Positions 1 to 11,682 of a DNA stretch of 22,472 nucleotides are shown piece after piece (the stretch's first letter is position 1; each line of letters opens with the position of its first letter). The translations under genes were made by a program, and so were the position numbers. The notes under the pieces were generated by a model. The model had not been told where the DNA came from and made no database searches. It saw only the letters and a list, made by a program, of their open reading frames with translations. Origin of the DNA: Piromyces finnis finn (lineage: Eukaryota; Fungi; Neocallimastigomycota); the NCBI GenBank assembly GCA_002104945.1, contig MCFH01000161.1, positions 1-22,472 on the forward strand. Reading direction: 5' to 3'.

Positions 1-2206
1 TGAAAAAGTGATTACATGTAAGATGAACAAATCTTTCAGATATTCCTGGTATTAAATCTAAATACATTTCAATTACATGCTTATTTTTAAGTCCACTTAT
101 CATATTAGGAATTATTTCACTTTGATTAATAACCTTAAGTTGTTTATTACTATAATTTATCCATGAAAGTTCATCTTCAGCTTCTTTCTGTGTTATAATA
201 TAAATATTTCCTGTATGCCATGGTAAAAATTTTTCTATTGAACGTAATGAATACTTTAACTTTTCAACTTCTTCAGAAATATTTATATTTTCATTATCAT
301 TTTCTAAAATATATACAAATGATATATCTTTTGCCCATGTCCATTCCTTTTCTAAATCTCCTCCATTATACTTTAAAAGGAAATCAATTTCTTCTTGTTC
401 TCTTTTACTAATCACTTTTTGTGGACCAGCTAATGCATATTTATCTCTTAAATAAAGACTAATTTCCTTTAATCTATGATGTCTAATAACATCCCTAAAT
501 CTTGCTATATTTCCTTTATTGTAGTCTTCAGGTAAGAACTAGTAATTTTATGGGATATCTTATTAACTTTATTAAATTCTGGATATAATGCAACTTCTAA
601 ATCTACATATTCCTTTTTTTCAAAAGAAGATGGAACCGGATATCTTGTAATCATATAATTAGTAAATTGATAAAGTGACTTATTTTTTGTATAAGCATCA
701 TTAAAATTATAAATGATAAGATTTGGATGAGTTTTATACAACTTAAAATATCTTTCATTTCTTTTGAAATCATCTGTAATTCTACCATATTTCATAAATC
801 TATCGTTTGCGGTAGTTTGAATAACTTTACAGGAATATTTTGTAATAGTTCTATTTAAATTTGTTGGAAATTCATAGCCTTCAAATAATCTTGCCTTTCC
901 ATTTCCACCAATTTTCTTTGGGAATTCATCATGCAATGTAGCATATTGCATAAATGTTTGATAAAGATAAATAACTTGTAATTTATATGGATTTCTTAAT
1001 CTATCAGAACAGACTCTTTTTAATTCTTCTTTAAAAAGTTGACGGTAAGGCTCAAATAAATCACGATAGAATACATGACCAGTATGGTATAATCACGGAA
1101 TTTAAATCTTCTATCAAAGTATTCTCTATATTTAATTACGAGTAAAGTACTTTGAAGCCTGGAATATGTCATGTAAATCATTATCTTTAATAACTCTATC
1201 AACCTGTTCTCTTGAAATCTTTGTAATATGACGTCTATATACTTTAGGGTAAAAATTGTCACTTGTAAAAAAGAAACTTGGATGAACATAATTATTTAAA
1301 AATAGATCATCATTAAAGTAAATAAATCTTTCAGTAATACCTGGATCTTATCTAAAAATAATTCAATTGTATTGGAATCGTAAGTAGGATAAACATGCTC
1401 AGGAAAGATATCTTTATGATAAATCAATTTAATTCTTGAGTTTGATGTATCCATCCATTTTGGTATTTGTTGACTAGTACAAAGAAATATATCACCTCTA
1501 TGCCATGGTAAATACTTTTCCAAAGAACGTAATGAATAACGAAGTTCATCAGCAGATCTATCTCTACTGTTAGCTTTTCTTACACCACCATTATACTTTG
1601 ATTTTAAATCTAAAAAGTCGACATCAGAACCATCAACCCATGTATAAACAATAGAAATATCTTTAACCCATTCCCATTCAGGACCCAATTCTTCTCCACG
1701 ATAATTAGCAATTATTTCAGCGTCATCATCTTGTATAATATATGGGGCAACAAATTGTATTTCTTGATTAGAATCAACAGCATTATTTTCATTATTAATA
1801 GCATTTTGTTGTGTATTGTCACTATTGTTAGCATTATCTGTATCCTGGATGTTATCATTGTTATTTTATTGCCATTTGCATCTTGAGCGTTGCTATTAAT
1901 ACTTTCATCATTTTCATTTTTAATAACACCTCTTTTAACGATTTTATTACTATGTAAATTTAAATTTTCATTTGCAATATTATCATCAATAATATCTTTT
2001 AACTTTTCGACGTCGTTAAGGACATCATCATTACCATTATTTTCAAATAATATTGATTGTTTTCTGTTATCTCTAACTTCAAGAACATTAATTTTTTGAG
2101 TATTTCCAAAATTATTAGCTTTTTGTTTAGCATCATAAAAAAATAGACCTAAACAAAACACAATAACAATAGTTATTGATATTGTTGCTCTTCTTCTTGA
2201 TAACAT
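1..2206 (-). CDS. Inverted copy of the Stealth-family phosphotransferase gene; frameshifted and cut off at the window edge (may be an assembly duplicate)
   Basis: ORF-track pieces 1712-2206, 1296-1688, 1020-1289 and 505-951 match the 5071-6915 protein. From about 530 to base 1 the frame is open: IDFLLKYNGGDLEKEWTWAKDISFVY...KLKYSLRSIEKFLPWH...LDLIPGISERFVHLTCNHFF. Frameshifts near 1867, 1344, 1270, 1095 and 535. Confidence 0.8.
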
Positions 2207-3609
2207 GTTTTATTATATTGTGTAATAAATTTCTTACTATACACTAATAATAATTTTATTAAAAATTTATTACACTTTTTCAATATGTATTCCTTATTAT
2301 TCTAATTTTTTAATTTGATTCAACTAATTACTTTTTATTTATGTTTTAAATAAATAAAAAATATATATAAAACATAAATTTATATATATAATAATCAATT
2401 ATTTCCACTTTTTAACAACCATAAAAAAAAACTAAAAAAGAAAAAAAAAGAAGGGTATATTATTTTATATATTAAAATTTGAAATTTATCGAAAATTATT
2501 AAAATAGTAACAAAAAATCGATTTTTGAAAAAAATATATATAGTAAATGAATTTAATAAAATAATTTAAATCATTAAATTTTTACAAAAATAATTACATA
2601 CAAGACTTTTTAAAAAAGAAATAATTATATATTATATATTAATAATTAGGTTATAACTTATTTTTTTTTTTTAATTTTTTCTCCATTTGTAATACAAAAT
2701 AATAATTAAGTTTTTGTCACTCACATTAAAAGTATTATATTTCATAATTATGTTTGTTATAAAAAAACGAATCTTTTATTAAAATATGTTTCAATACCAC
2801 TTATAAATATATATTTATAAACCTTCTTTGTCTTTTTTACAACACTAATAACAATAATGAATTACTGTATGATTTTAAGGTATCGTTTTTTTTTTTATAC
2901 TTAAATATAAACAAAAATAATATACATATAAGCTTTTTTATTACACTTATTTTTAGTTATAAATAAAATTATTAAATGTAATAACTTTATAAAAAAAAAA
3001 AATCTCTAACTATAATTCAATAATTCACATATAACAAAATAGAAATAAATTTATATAATGGGGAAAAATAAAGTATAGAAATTGTAAATATTATTAAAAT
3101 CCAGAAATATTATTTCTTTATTTTTTACTTAATAGACCTAATAATTTATATTTTTTAAATATAAATCATTAAGTAATGAATTTCTGCTTATTTACTAAGT
3201 TTTATTATATGAATAAAAGAATTATATTTTTCATTAAATTTCTATTGATTTTATAATTAAAAAGTAATTTTATTGTACATAAATAAGAAAAAAGTTTAGT
3301 TTCAAAAATGCTTTATATAATTATTACTTTTAATAACTAATTTTTTCTAATTATATATTCTTATAATTAATTTAGATATCTAGGTATCATATCTTTTCTA
3401 TTTATTTGAAACCATTTATCCATAATAAATACTTTATATACTTAAATATACTTTTATATTTTTATAGTTTTTATTAAGTATTTTATAATATAAAAAATTG
3501 TAAGAAATATTATCTAAAAATTAATATAAAATAAATAAAGTATTTTAATCAATTTTAAAATTTGCAATGATAAGTATATGTTTGTTTATAAATATACTTT
3601 TTTTTTTTT
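1..3609. repeat. Left arm of large inverted repeat (palindrome); continues to, and probably beyond, the window edge
   Basis: Reverse complement of 3662-7282. Base 1 (tgaaaaagtgat) pairs with 7282 (atcactttttca). The arm ends in T12 (3598-3609), mirroring A12 (3662-3673). The differences I checked are small indels or local rearrangements, mostly in homopolymers. Confidence 0.97.
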
Positions 3610-3661
3610 CTATTAAATTTCATTTATATCAAAATAATAAACATATATAACATTTATATAT
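3610..3661. other. 52-nt non-palindromic spacer (loop) at the palindrome centre
   Basis: ctattaaatttcatttatatcaaaataataaacatatataacatttatatat lies between T12 and A12. It contains a small 8-bp hairpin, atatataa-cat-ttatatat (3643-3661). Confidence 0.95.
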
Positions 3662-6600
3662 AAAAAAAAAAAAGTATATTTATAAACAAACATATACTTA
3701 TCATTGCAAATTTTAAAATTGATTAAAATACTTTATTTATTTTATATTAATTTTTTAGATAATATTTCTTACAATTTTTTATATTATAAAATACTTAATA
3801 AAACTATAAAAATATAATAAAGTATATTTAAGTATATAAAAGTATTTATTATGGATAAATGGTTTCAAATAAATAGAAAAGATATGATACCTAGATATCT
3901 AAATTAATTATAAGAATATATTAATTAGAAAAAATTAGTTATTAAAAGTAATAATATATAAAGCATTTTTGAAACTAAACTTTTTTCTTATTTATGTACA
4001 ATAAAATTACTTTTTAATTATAAAATCAATAGAAATTTAATGAAAAATATAATTCTTTTATTCATATAATAAAACTTAGTAAATAAGCAGAAATTCATTA
4101 CTTAATGATTTATATTTAAAAAATATAAATTATTAGGTCTATTAAGTAAAAAAATAAGAAATAATATTTCTGGATTTAATAATATTTACAATTTCTATAC
4201 TTTATTTTCCCCATTATATAAATTTATTTCTATTTTGTTATATGTGAATTATTGAATTATAGTTAGAGATTTTTTTTTTTTTATAAAGTTATTACATTTA
4301 ATAATTTTATTTATAACTAAAAATAAGTGTAATATAAAAAAGCTTATATGTATATTATTTTGTTTATATTTAAGTATAAAAAAAAAAACGATACCTTAAA
4401 ATCATACAGTAATTCATTATTGTTATTAGTGTTGTAAAAAAGACAAAGAAGGTTTATAAATATATATTTATAAGTGGTATTGAAACATATTTTAATAAAA
4501 GATTCGTTTTTTATAACAAACATAATTATGAAATATAATACTTTTAATGTGAGTGACAAAAACTTAATTATTATTTTGTATTACAAATGGAGAAAAAAAT
4601 TAAAAAAAAAAAAATAAGTTATAACCTAATTATTAATATATTAATATATAATATTTCTTTTTTAAAAAGTCTTGTATGTAATTATTTTGTAAAAATTTAA
4701 TGATTTAAATTATTTTATTAAATTCATTTACTATATATATTTTTTTTCAAAAATCGATTTTTTTGTTACTATTTAATAATTTTCGATAAATTTCAAATTT
4801 TAATATATAAAATAATATACCCTTCTTTTTTTTTTCTTTTAGTTTTTTTTTATGGTTGTTAAAAAGTGGAAATAATGATATTATATATATAAAAATTTAT
4901 GTTTTATATATATTAATTTTATTTATTTAAAACATAAATAAAAAGTAATTAGTTGAATCAAATTAAAAAAATTAGAATAATAAGGAATACATATTGAAAA
5001 AGTGTAATAAATTTTTAATAAAATTATTATTAGTGTATAGTAAGAAATTTATTACACAATATAATAAAACATGTTATCAAGAAGAAGAGCAACAATATCA
5101 ATAACTATTGTTATTGTGTTTTGTTTAGGTCTATTTTTTATGATGCTAAAACAAAAAGCTAATAATTTTGGAAATACTCAAAAAATTAATGTTCTTGAAG
5201 TTAGAGATAACAGAAAACAATCAAATATTATTGAAAATAATGGTAATGATGATGTCCTTAACGACGTCGAAAAGTTAAAAGATATTATTGATGATAATAT
5301 TGCAAATGAAAATTTAAATTTACATAGTAATAAAATCGTTAAAAGAGGTGTTATTAAAAATGAAAATGATGAAAGTATTAATAGCAACGCTCAAGATGCA
5401 AATGGCAATAATAATAACAATGATAACATCCAGGATACAGATAATGCTAACAATAGTGACAATACACAACAAAATGCTATTAATAATGAAAATAATGCTG
5501 TTGATTCTAATCAAGAAATACAATTTGTTGCCCCATATATTATACAAGATGATGACGCTGAAATAATTGCTAATTATCGTGGAGAAGAATTGGGTCCTGA
5601 ATGGGAATGGGTTAAAGATATTTCTATTGTTTATACATGGGTTGATGGTTCTGATGTCGACTTTTTAGATTTAAAATCAAAGTATAATGGTGGTGTAAGA
5701 AAAGCTAACAGTAGAGATAGATCTGCTGATGAACTTCGTTATTCATTACGTTCTTTGGAAAAGTATTTACCATGGCATAGAGGTGATATATTTCTTTGTA
5801 CTAGTCAACAAATACCAAAATGGATGGATACATCAAACTCAAGAATTAAATTGATTTATCATAAAGATATCTTTCCTGAGCATGTTTATCCTACTTACGA
5901 TTCCAATACAATTGAATTATTTTTAGATAAGATCCCAGGTATTACTGAAAGATTTATTTACTTTAATGATGATCTATTTTTAAATAATTATGTTCATCCA
6001 AGTTTCTTTTTTACAAGTGACAATTTTTACCCTAAAGTATATAGACGTCATATTACAAAGATTTCAAGAGAACAGGTTGATAGAGTTATTAAAGATAATG
6101 ATTTACATGACATATTCCAGGCTTCAAAGTACTTTACTCGTAAAATTATAAGAGAATACTTTGATAGAAGATTTAAATTCCGTGATTTATACCATACTGG
6201 TCATGTATTCTATCGTGATTTATTTGAGCCTTACCGTCAACTTTTTAAAGAAGAATTAAAAAGAGTCTGTTCTGATAGATTAAGAAATCCATATAAATTA
6301 CAAGTTATTTATCTTTATCAAACATTTATGCAATATGCTACATTGCATGATGAATTCCCAAAGAAAATTGGTGGAAATGGAAAGGCAAGATTATTTGAAG
6401 GCTATGAATTTCCAACAAATTTAAATAGAACTATTACAAAATATTCCTGTAAAGTTATTCAAACTACCGCAAACGATAGATTTATGAAATATGGTAGAAT
6501 TACAGATGATTTCAAAAGAAATGAAAGATATTTTAAGTTGTATAAAACTCATCCAAATCTTATCATTTATAATTTTAATGATGCTTATACAAAAAATAAG

Positions 6601-7282
6601 TCACTTTATCAATTTACTAATTATATGATTACAAGATATCCGGTTCCATCTTCTTTTGAAAAAAAGGAATATGTAGATTTAGAAGTTGCATTATATCCAG
6701 AATTTAATAAAGTTAATAAGATATCCCATAAAATTACTAGTTCATTACCTGAAGACTACAATAAAGGAAATATAGCAAGATTTAGGGATGTTATTAGACA
6801 TCATAGATTAAAGGAAATTAGTCTTTATTTAAGAGATAAATATGCATTAGCTGGTCCACAAAAAGTGATTAGTAAAAGAGAACAAGAAGAAATTGATTTC
6901 CTTTTAAAAGTATAATGGAGGAGATTTAGAAAAGGAATGGACATGGGCAAAAGATATATCATTTGTATATATTTTAGAAAAATGATAATGAAAAATAAAA
7001 TATTTCTGAAGAAGTTGAAAAGTTAAAGTATTCATTACGTTCAATAGAAAAATTTTTACCATGGCATACAGGAAATATTTATATTATAACACAGAAAGAA
7101 GCTGAAGATGAACTTTCATGGATAAATTATAGTAATAAACAACTTAAGGTTATTAATCAAAGTGAAATAATTCCTAATATGATAAGTGGACTTAAAAAAT
7201 AAGCATGTAATTGAAATGTATTTAGATTTAATACCAGGAATATCTGAAAGATTTGTTCATCTTACATGTAATCACTTTTTCA
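3662..7282. repeat. Right arm of large inverted repeat (palindrome)
   Basis: Reverse complement of 1-3609 over both coding and non-coding sequence; about 12 nt longer than the left arm in total. Confidence 0.97.
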
Positions 7283-7933
7283 TTAATTATACTCATCCAA
7301 GATTCTTCTTCAGTAAAGAATATTATCCAAAATACAATTACAAATACGCATTATCAAGTAATGAATTAGAAATCGCAAGAGTTGAGGATAAATCTTTTGT
7401 ATACATACCTTGTTATTACAGATTATTTCTCTAAAACATATGTTACATCACATAGATATTATGAAAACGCACCATTCCCTCTTTACCGTGATTTCTTTGA
7501 ACCAATTCGTTATCTTTATAGAAAATATGTTAGAAGAACCGTTAAACATATTACTTATGCTGATGATGATCTATTACCATTATATTTAGTTTCAACATAT
7601 AAATATATGGTACAGATCAGCCATATTTCCCAGAATATGTTGCTGGATATGGAAGAATAAGAATATCTGATCCTCCAATTCTTATGAAAAAAGACAATTA
7701 ATTACTATGGTTTTGATATTACTTCATCTAATATTTCAAAGAATACAACAGAATATGATATTCCATTAAATAGCTTCACAAAAGGTAATGAAATGCTAAT
7801 TAAAGAAATCCAAAAATCAAAAAAATTGTTTTTCAGTCTTGAAGAAAAAAGAACAAATAACAATGGAAAATACTTCAGATGTAATAAAAGAATTAAATAT
7901 ATATATGACAAAAAGTCATCATACGAAGTTTAA
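5071..7933 (+). CDS. Stealth-family (hexose/HexNAc/xylose-1-phosphotransferase-like) type II membrane protein with two tandem Stealth domains, about 950 aa after frameshift correction; no introns apparent
   Basis: N-terminal basic tail plus TM helix (MLSRRRATISITIVIVFCLGLFF) and an N/D/Q-rich stem. CR1 ISIVYTWVDGSD; CR2 DELRYSLRSLEKYLPW...SNTIELFLDKIPGITERFIYFNDD; CR3 HVFYRDLFEPYRQLFKEELKRVCSDRLR; CR4-like YNFND. The stop at 6913-6915 results from an extra A at 6906-6909 that is absent in the left arm. The second domain runs in shifting frames to SSYEV* (7931-7933; end is inferred). Confidence 0.88.
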
Positions 7934-8650
7934 AAAAAAAAAAGAAAGAAGAAAACTAGAACTAAAAAAAAAAAAAATAAGAAAGAATCAAATAATTATT
8001 TATTTTATATTAACTTATTTATACAATATTTTTATTATATTGAATTAAACATACTATTTAGTTAAAATAAATTATAAAAAGTATATTTCATATATATATA
8101 TTATTAAATAATTAGAAAAACAATTAGGAAATATATAGTTCTAACTATTAGATATATACATATAACATTTAAAATTTTATTTAAAATTCTGTATAAAAAC
8201 TATTATCTATAATTTTGAAGATAATTAATTTATATCATATACATAAATTAATAAATAAAAAATTAATTTTTTTAAAAGACATTATATCATAATTATTTCT
8301 TATGATATTATAAGAATTCATATATAAATTCTATAAAATAGGAAATATTGAAGTATTGAAAAATAAATTTCACCAATTTTGAAATAATATTTATTTTAAC
8401 AAGTTTTAAAATTATATTAATAATATTTAATTTGAATATAATTTATTTAGAATTTAGAGTTAAATAATATTCCACAAAAAAATAATTGGAAAAATTGAAA
8501 ATCTTAAATTTTTTAAACCTTAATATAAAATAAATAAAATGGTGATTTATTTAATTTCCCTCTTTAAAATTAAAAAGTAAAATAAAATAATTTTAAAAAT
8601 ATTTTTTTTGTTATTTCTATATTGATTATTATTGATATCGTATATTTATA

Positions 8651-8765
8651 ATGATAAGTAAAAAACAATTCTATTTTGTTATAATTTCTGTTATAGTGGC
8701 ATCTTTTGCAATAATAGGTAATAAATAATATTTTTAGGATTATATATACTAAAATTTAATTAAAA

Positions 8766-8796
<31 letters not shown>

Positions 8797-10811
8797 ATAA
8801 AATTAAGATAAATTGTGTTTAAGGAAAATATTTATCAACGATAAGTAAATTTAGCATTAAAAACAAAAAGAAATATTTTTAAAGATATTTTTGTTAAAGA
8901 TGAATTAGTTAAGAGATATCAAAAAAAGATGAAAGCTATGCTGAATATTGTAAAGAAATATTTGGAGAATTTATAGATGAATTAAGAGAAAGAAATAAAG
9001 ATATTGAACCTAAAAATACAGATAAGACAATTACTATAAAAATAGCTCTAACAAACACCATTAGTATATATCAGGAACAAATTTAGAAGCTGAGTTTATG
9101 GCAAATGCTTTAAATGAATGGGCTAAGGGTGAATTTTATCTTATGCAGAAAATATAAAGTATGATGTAATTCTTTATAAAAATTCTGATGATCTACATGA
9201 AACTATATCTTCATATTTATATGTAAAGAGTCCAGAATATGATATAGTAATGCTTGATATTGTTTGGGTTGGCCAATATAAGAATTATTTACTCGATATT
9301 ACGGACATTATTAGTAACCAAACAACAAGTTTGTATAAAGAAGAGAATTTAAATTCATGTAAATCTGGCACAGAATTAGTTGGATTAGTATGTTATATAT
9401 ATATATTTAATTTTATGTTGTATATTAAAATTCTATATTAATATAGACTAAATTAATATTAATATTCCTATTAAATATTAGCCATTATATACTGATTATG
9501 GAATTATGATGTACAGAGAAGATCTTTTTGGAAAAGTATAACAGAGAAGTACCAAAAAACATGGGATCAACTAGAAGAAACTACATTATATATATGGAAA
9601 AAGAACATGAAAATGGAAATAAAAACTTAAAAGGTTATGCAGGTCAATTTTCAGGTAAATTAAGGTGTACTATTACAATTTATATTAACACAATAAACTG
9701 CAATAATATAACAACAATATGTAAATTATAATATTAGCATATGAAGGTTTAACTTGTAATATTGTAGAATGGATTTATTCCTATCGTGAAAGTTATGGAT
9801 CAGAATGTAAATACTTTTCTGATGAAGCTGCTTCTAATGCATTAGAAAAAATAAGTAAATTTTTGGATGAAGGAGTTATGCCAGGTAATAATAAAATTCT
9901 TTAATTACTTATATATCTATATAAAGTATAGTTAATATTAATAAACAATTTCATAATATTAACATAAAAATTATTATTTTATTAATTAGTTGAAAATTTT
10001 GAATACAAGGAAGATGAATCCTTAAAGGAATGGTTAGATGGTAATCTTATTTTTATTAGAAATTGGCCAGGAAGTATTAAAACATCAAGTGTAAAGTTTG
10101 AAGGCTCATCGATAAAATTTGGTGTAACTCCTCTTCCTGGTCAACAAGAAGGAATTTCTGCTTCAACATTAGGTGGATGGGTAATTGGTGCTTCGAAGTT
10201 TACAAAAAATCAATATATTGCTGCAAAAACTGTTGAATACTTAACAGGTGAAGAATTCCAAAGATTTAAAGCAAAACATTTTAATTTATTACCAACTATG
10301 GATCATTTATATGCTGGTAAATTTTAAATTACATAACTAATGATACTAATAAATAGCTTTTCACAAATTATTAAATATACGTATATTAAATATATTATAT
10401 ATTATATATATATATATATATAAAAGATTCTGAAGTATGTGAAGTAATTCAATGCGATTTATTCAAAAATATGCAAGGTGTATTAAGACCATCTGATGGT
10501 AATAGATATTCAGAATATACAGCAATTATATATAAAACTGTTAGGAAAGTTTTACTTAAAGAAATGACTATTGAAAATGCTTTTCGTATTATTATTAGTT
10601 ATACCGATAGTATGTATATATAAATATCAAATTTCTAATCTATTTTCATACTAATCTCAAAATTAATATATTATATATTTAATTAGAATCCATATTATTT
10701 ATTACACAATTATGTACTAATATAGAAAATCTTATAATAACACTTACAGTCATATTTATATATGCTGGAATTTTTGCATATTATATTTATTTTTCATTTT
10801 TCGAAAAATAA
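8651..10811 (+). CDS. Family-1 extracellular solute-binding protein (MalE/trehalose-maltose sugar-binding type) with N-terminal signal/anchor and C-terminal TM helix; 7 exons, several frameshifts
   Basis: Exons 8651-8718, ~8808-9387, 9482-9654, 9738-9884, 9990-10316, 10427-10609, 10687-10811, with GT..AG introns (intron 1 acceptor least certain). Motifs: YDIVMLDIVWVGQY, PLYTDYGIMMYREDL.EKYNREVPKTWDQL, GYAGQFSAYEGLTCNIVEW, IFIRNWP, PLPG...SASTLGGWVIGASK, RP. C-terminus LIITLTVIFIYAGIFAYYIYFSFFEK*. Confidence 0.88.
8771..8796. repeat. (TA)13 microsatellite in intron 1 of the SBP gene
   Basis: Direct read; ends about 11 nt before the probable AG acceptor. Confidence 0.9.
10403..10422. repeat. 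(TA)10 microsatellite in intron 5 of the SBP gene
   Basis: Direct read; immediately before the acceptor aaag at 10423-10426. Confidence 0.9.
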
Positions 10812-11292
10812 TTTTTTGTATTATAATAAGTTTTTTAAGGTTTTAATATTAAAATAAATTAATTACAAATTTATGATCATTTCATTTGTAATTATTATCT
10901 ATTTAATATTTATTAAAAAGTTGGTAATATCATTAAATTAGTCAATTGTATTATATTTTTTATTTTAATTATGAACATATATAATACATATTGAATATCA
11001 TTATTTTTATTAATTTGATTTTATTAGAATGTATCATAAATAAAACTATAAATCAAAAATAGTAAATTTAATAATTAGGTTTACCATTAAGCATCAAAAA
11101 ATTGTTATTTTTTAAACAAATTAGTAAATGAAATTTTTTTATTTCTTTTAAGGAAAGGTTATATTATTTTAACTATATTTATAACGCTATATTTTTATTT
11201 TTATTAATATTCTATTAAAAATAATTAACTCAAACGTAATATTTAATAGAAAAAAATTAAAATTAAAATGTGTAATAAAATTAAAGTAATAC

Positions 11293-11293
<1 letters not shown>

Positions 11294-11331
<38 letters not shown>

Positions 11332-11358
11332 TAATATAATAATAATAATAATAATAAT
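11294..11358. repeat. Imperfect (AAT)n microsatellite between the convergent SBP and PP4R4-like genes
   Basis: About 20 AAT units with two 1-nt interruptions. Confidence 0.9.
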
Positions 11359-11682
11359 ATAAATATAAAAATACTTCTGTGGTTAATTTTTTATAATAAT
11401 TCCTTATAAGTAGATATATTATTAAACAAAGAATATAATACATAAAATATACTTGAATATAGAAAATAAGAAAATATTTTGAAAGTGAAATAATTATTTT
11501 TAATTTTTCTATATTAATGTAAAATATACTTAAAAATAATATATATTTGTTCTTTATTAAATTAAATGAAAATAATTATACATAATATATATATTATATT
11601 ATTATTATTATATGATATTTTAATCAAATTTAACTAATAATCGTTACAGTAAAATTCAATCTACTATAATTTTTTATTATTA

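Noticed and set aside
3610-3661. Missed sequencing hairpin adapter at the palindrome centre
   Set aside because: The loop is AT-rich genomic-looking sequence with no recognisable adapter motif; this does not exclude other fold-back artefacts.
220-5566. Short ORFs 220-411, 1890-2099, 4344-4559, 5178-5387, 5320-5547 and 5348-5566
   Set aside because: These are antisense or off-frame shadows of the Stealth copies, or chance ORFs in AT-rich DNA, with no recognisable motifs.
6901-6915. T-TTA-AAA slippery heptamer just before the Stealth stop, suggesting programmed -1 frameshifting
   Set aside because: A -1 shift gives FKSIMEEI*, not domain 2; the needed shift is +1, and the left arm simply lacks the extra A.
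1-7282. Palindrome as terminal inverted repeats of a foldback or DNA transposon
   Set aside because: The arms meet across only 52 nt, contain a host-type gene and its upstream region, and no transposase or target-site duplication is visible.
9129-9148. 20-nt GT..AG micro-intron that would restore the SBP reading frame
   Set aside because: Other introns here are about 75-110 nt; one missing T (GEFYLYAENIKY) explains the shift equally well in error-rich sequence. RNA-seq would settle it.
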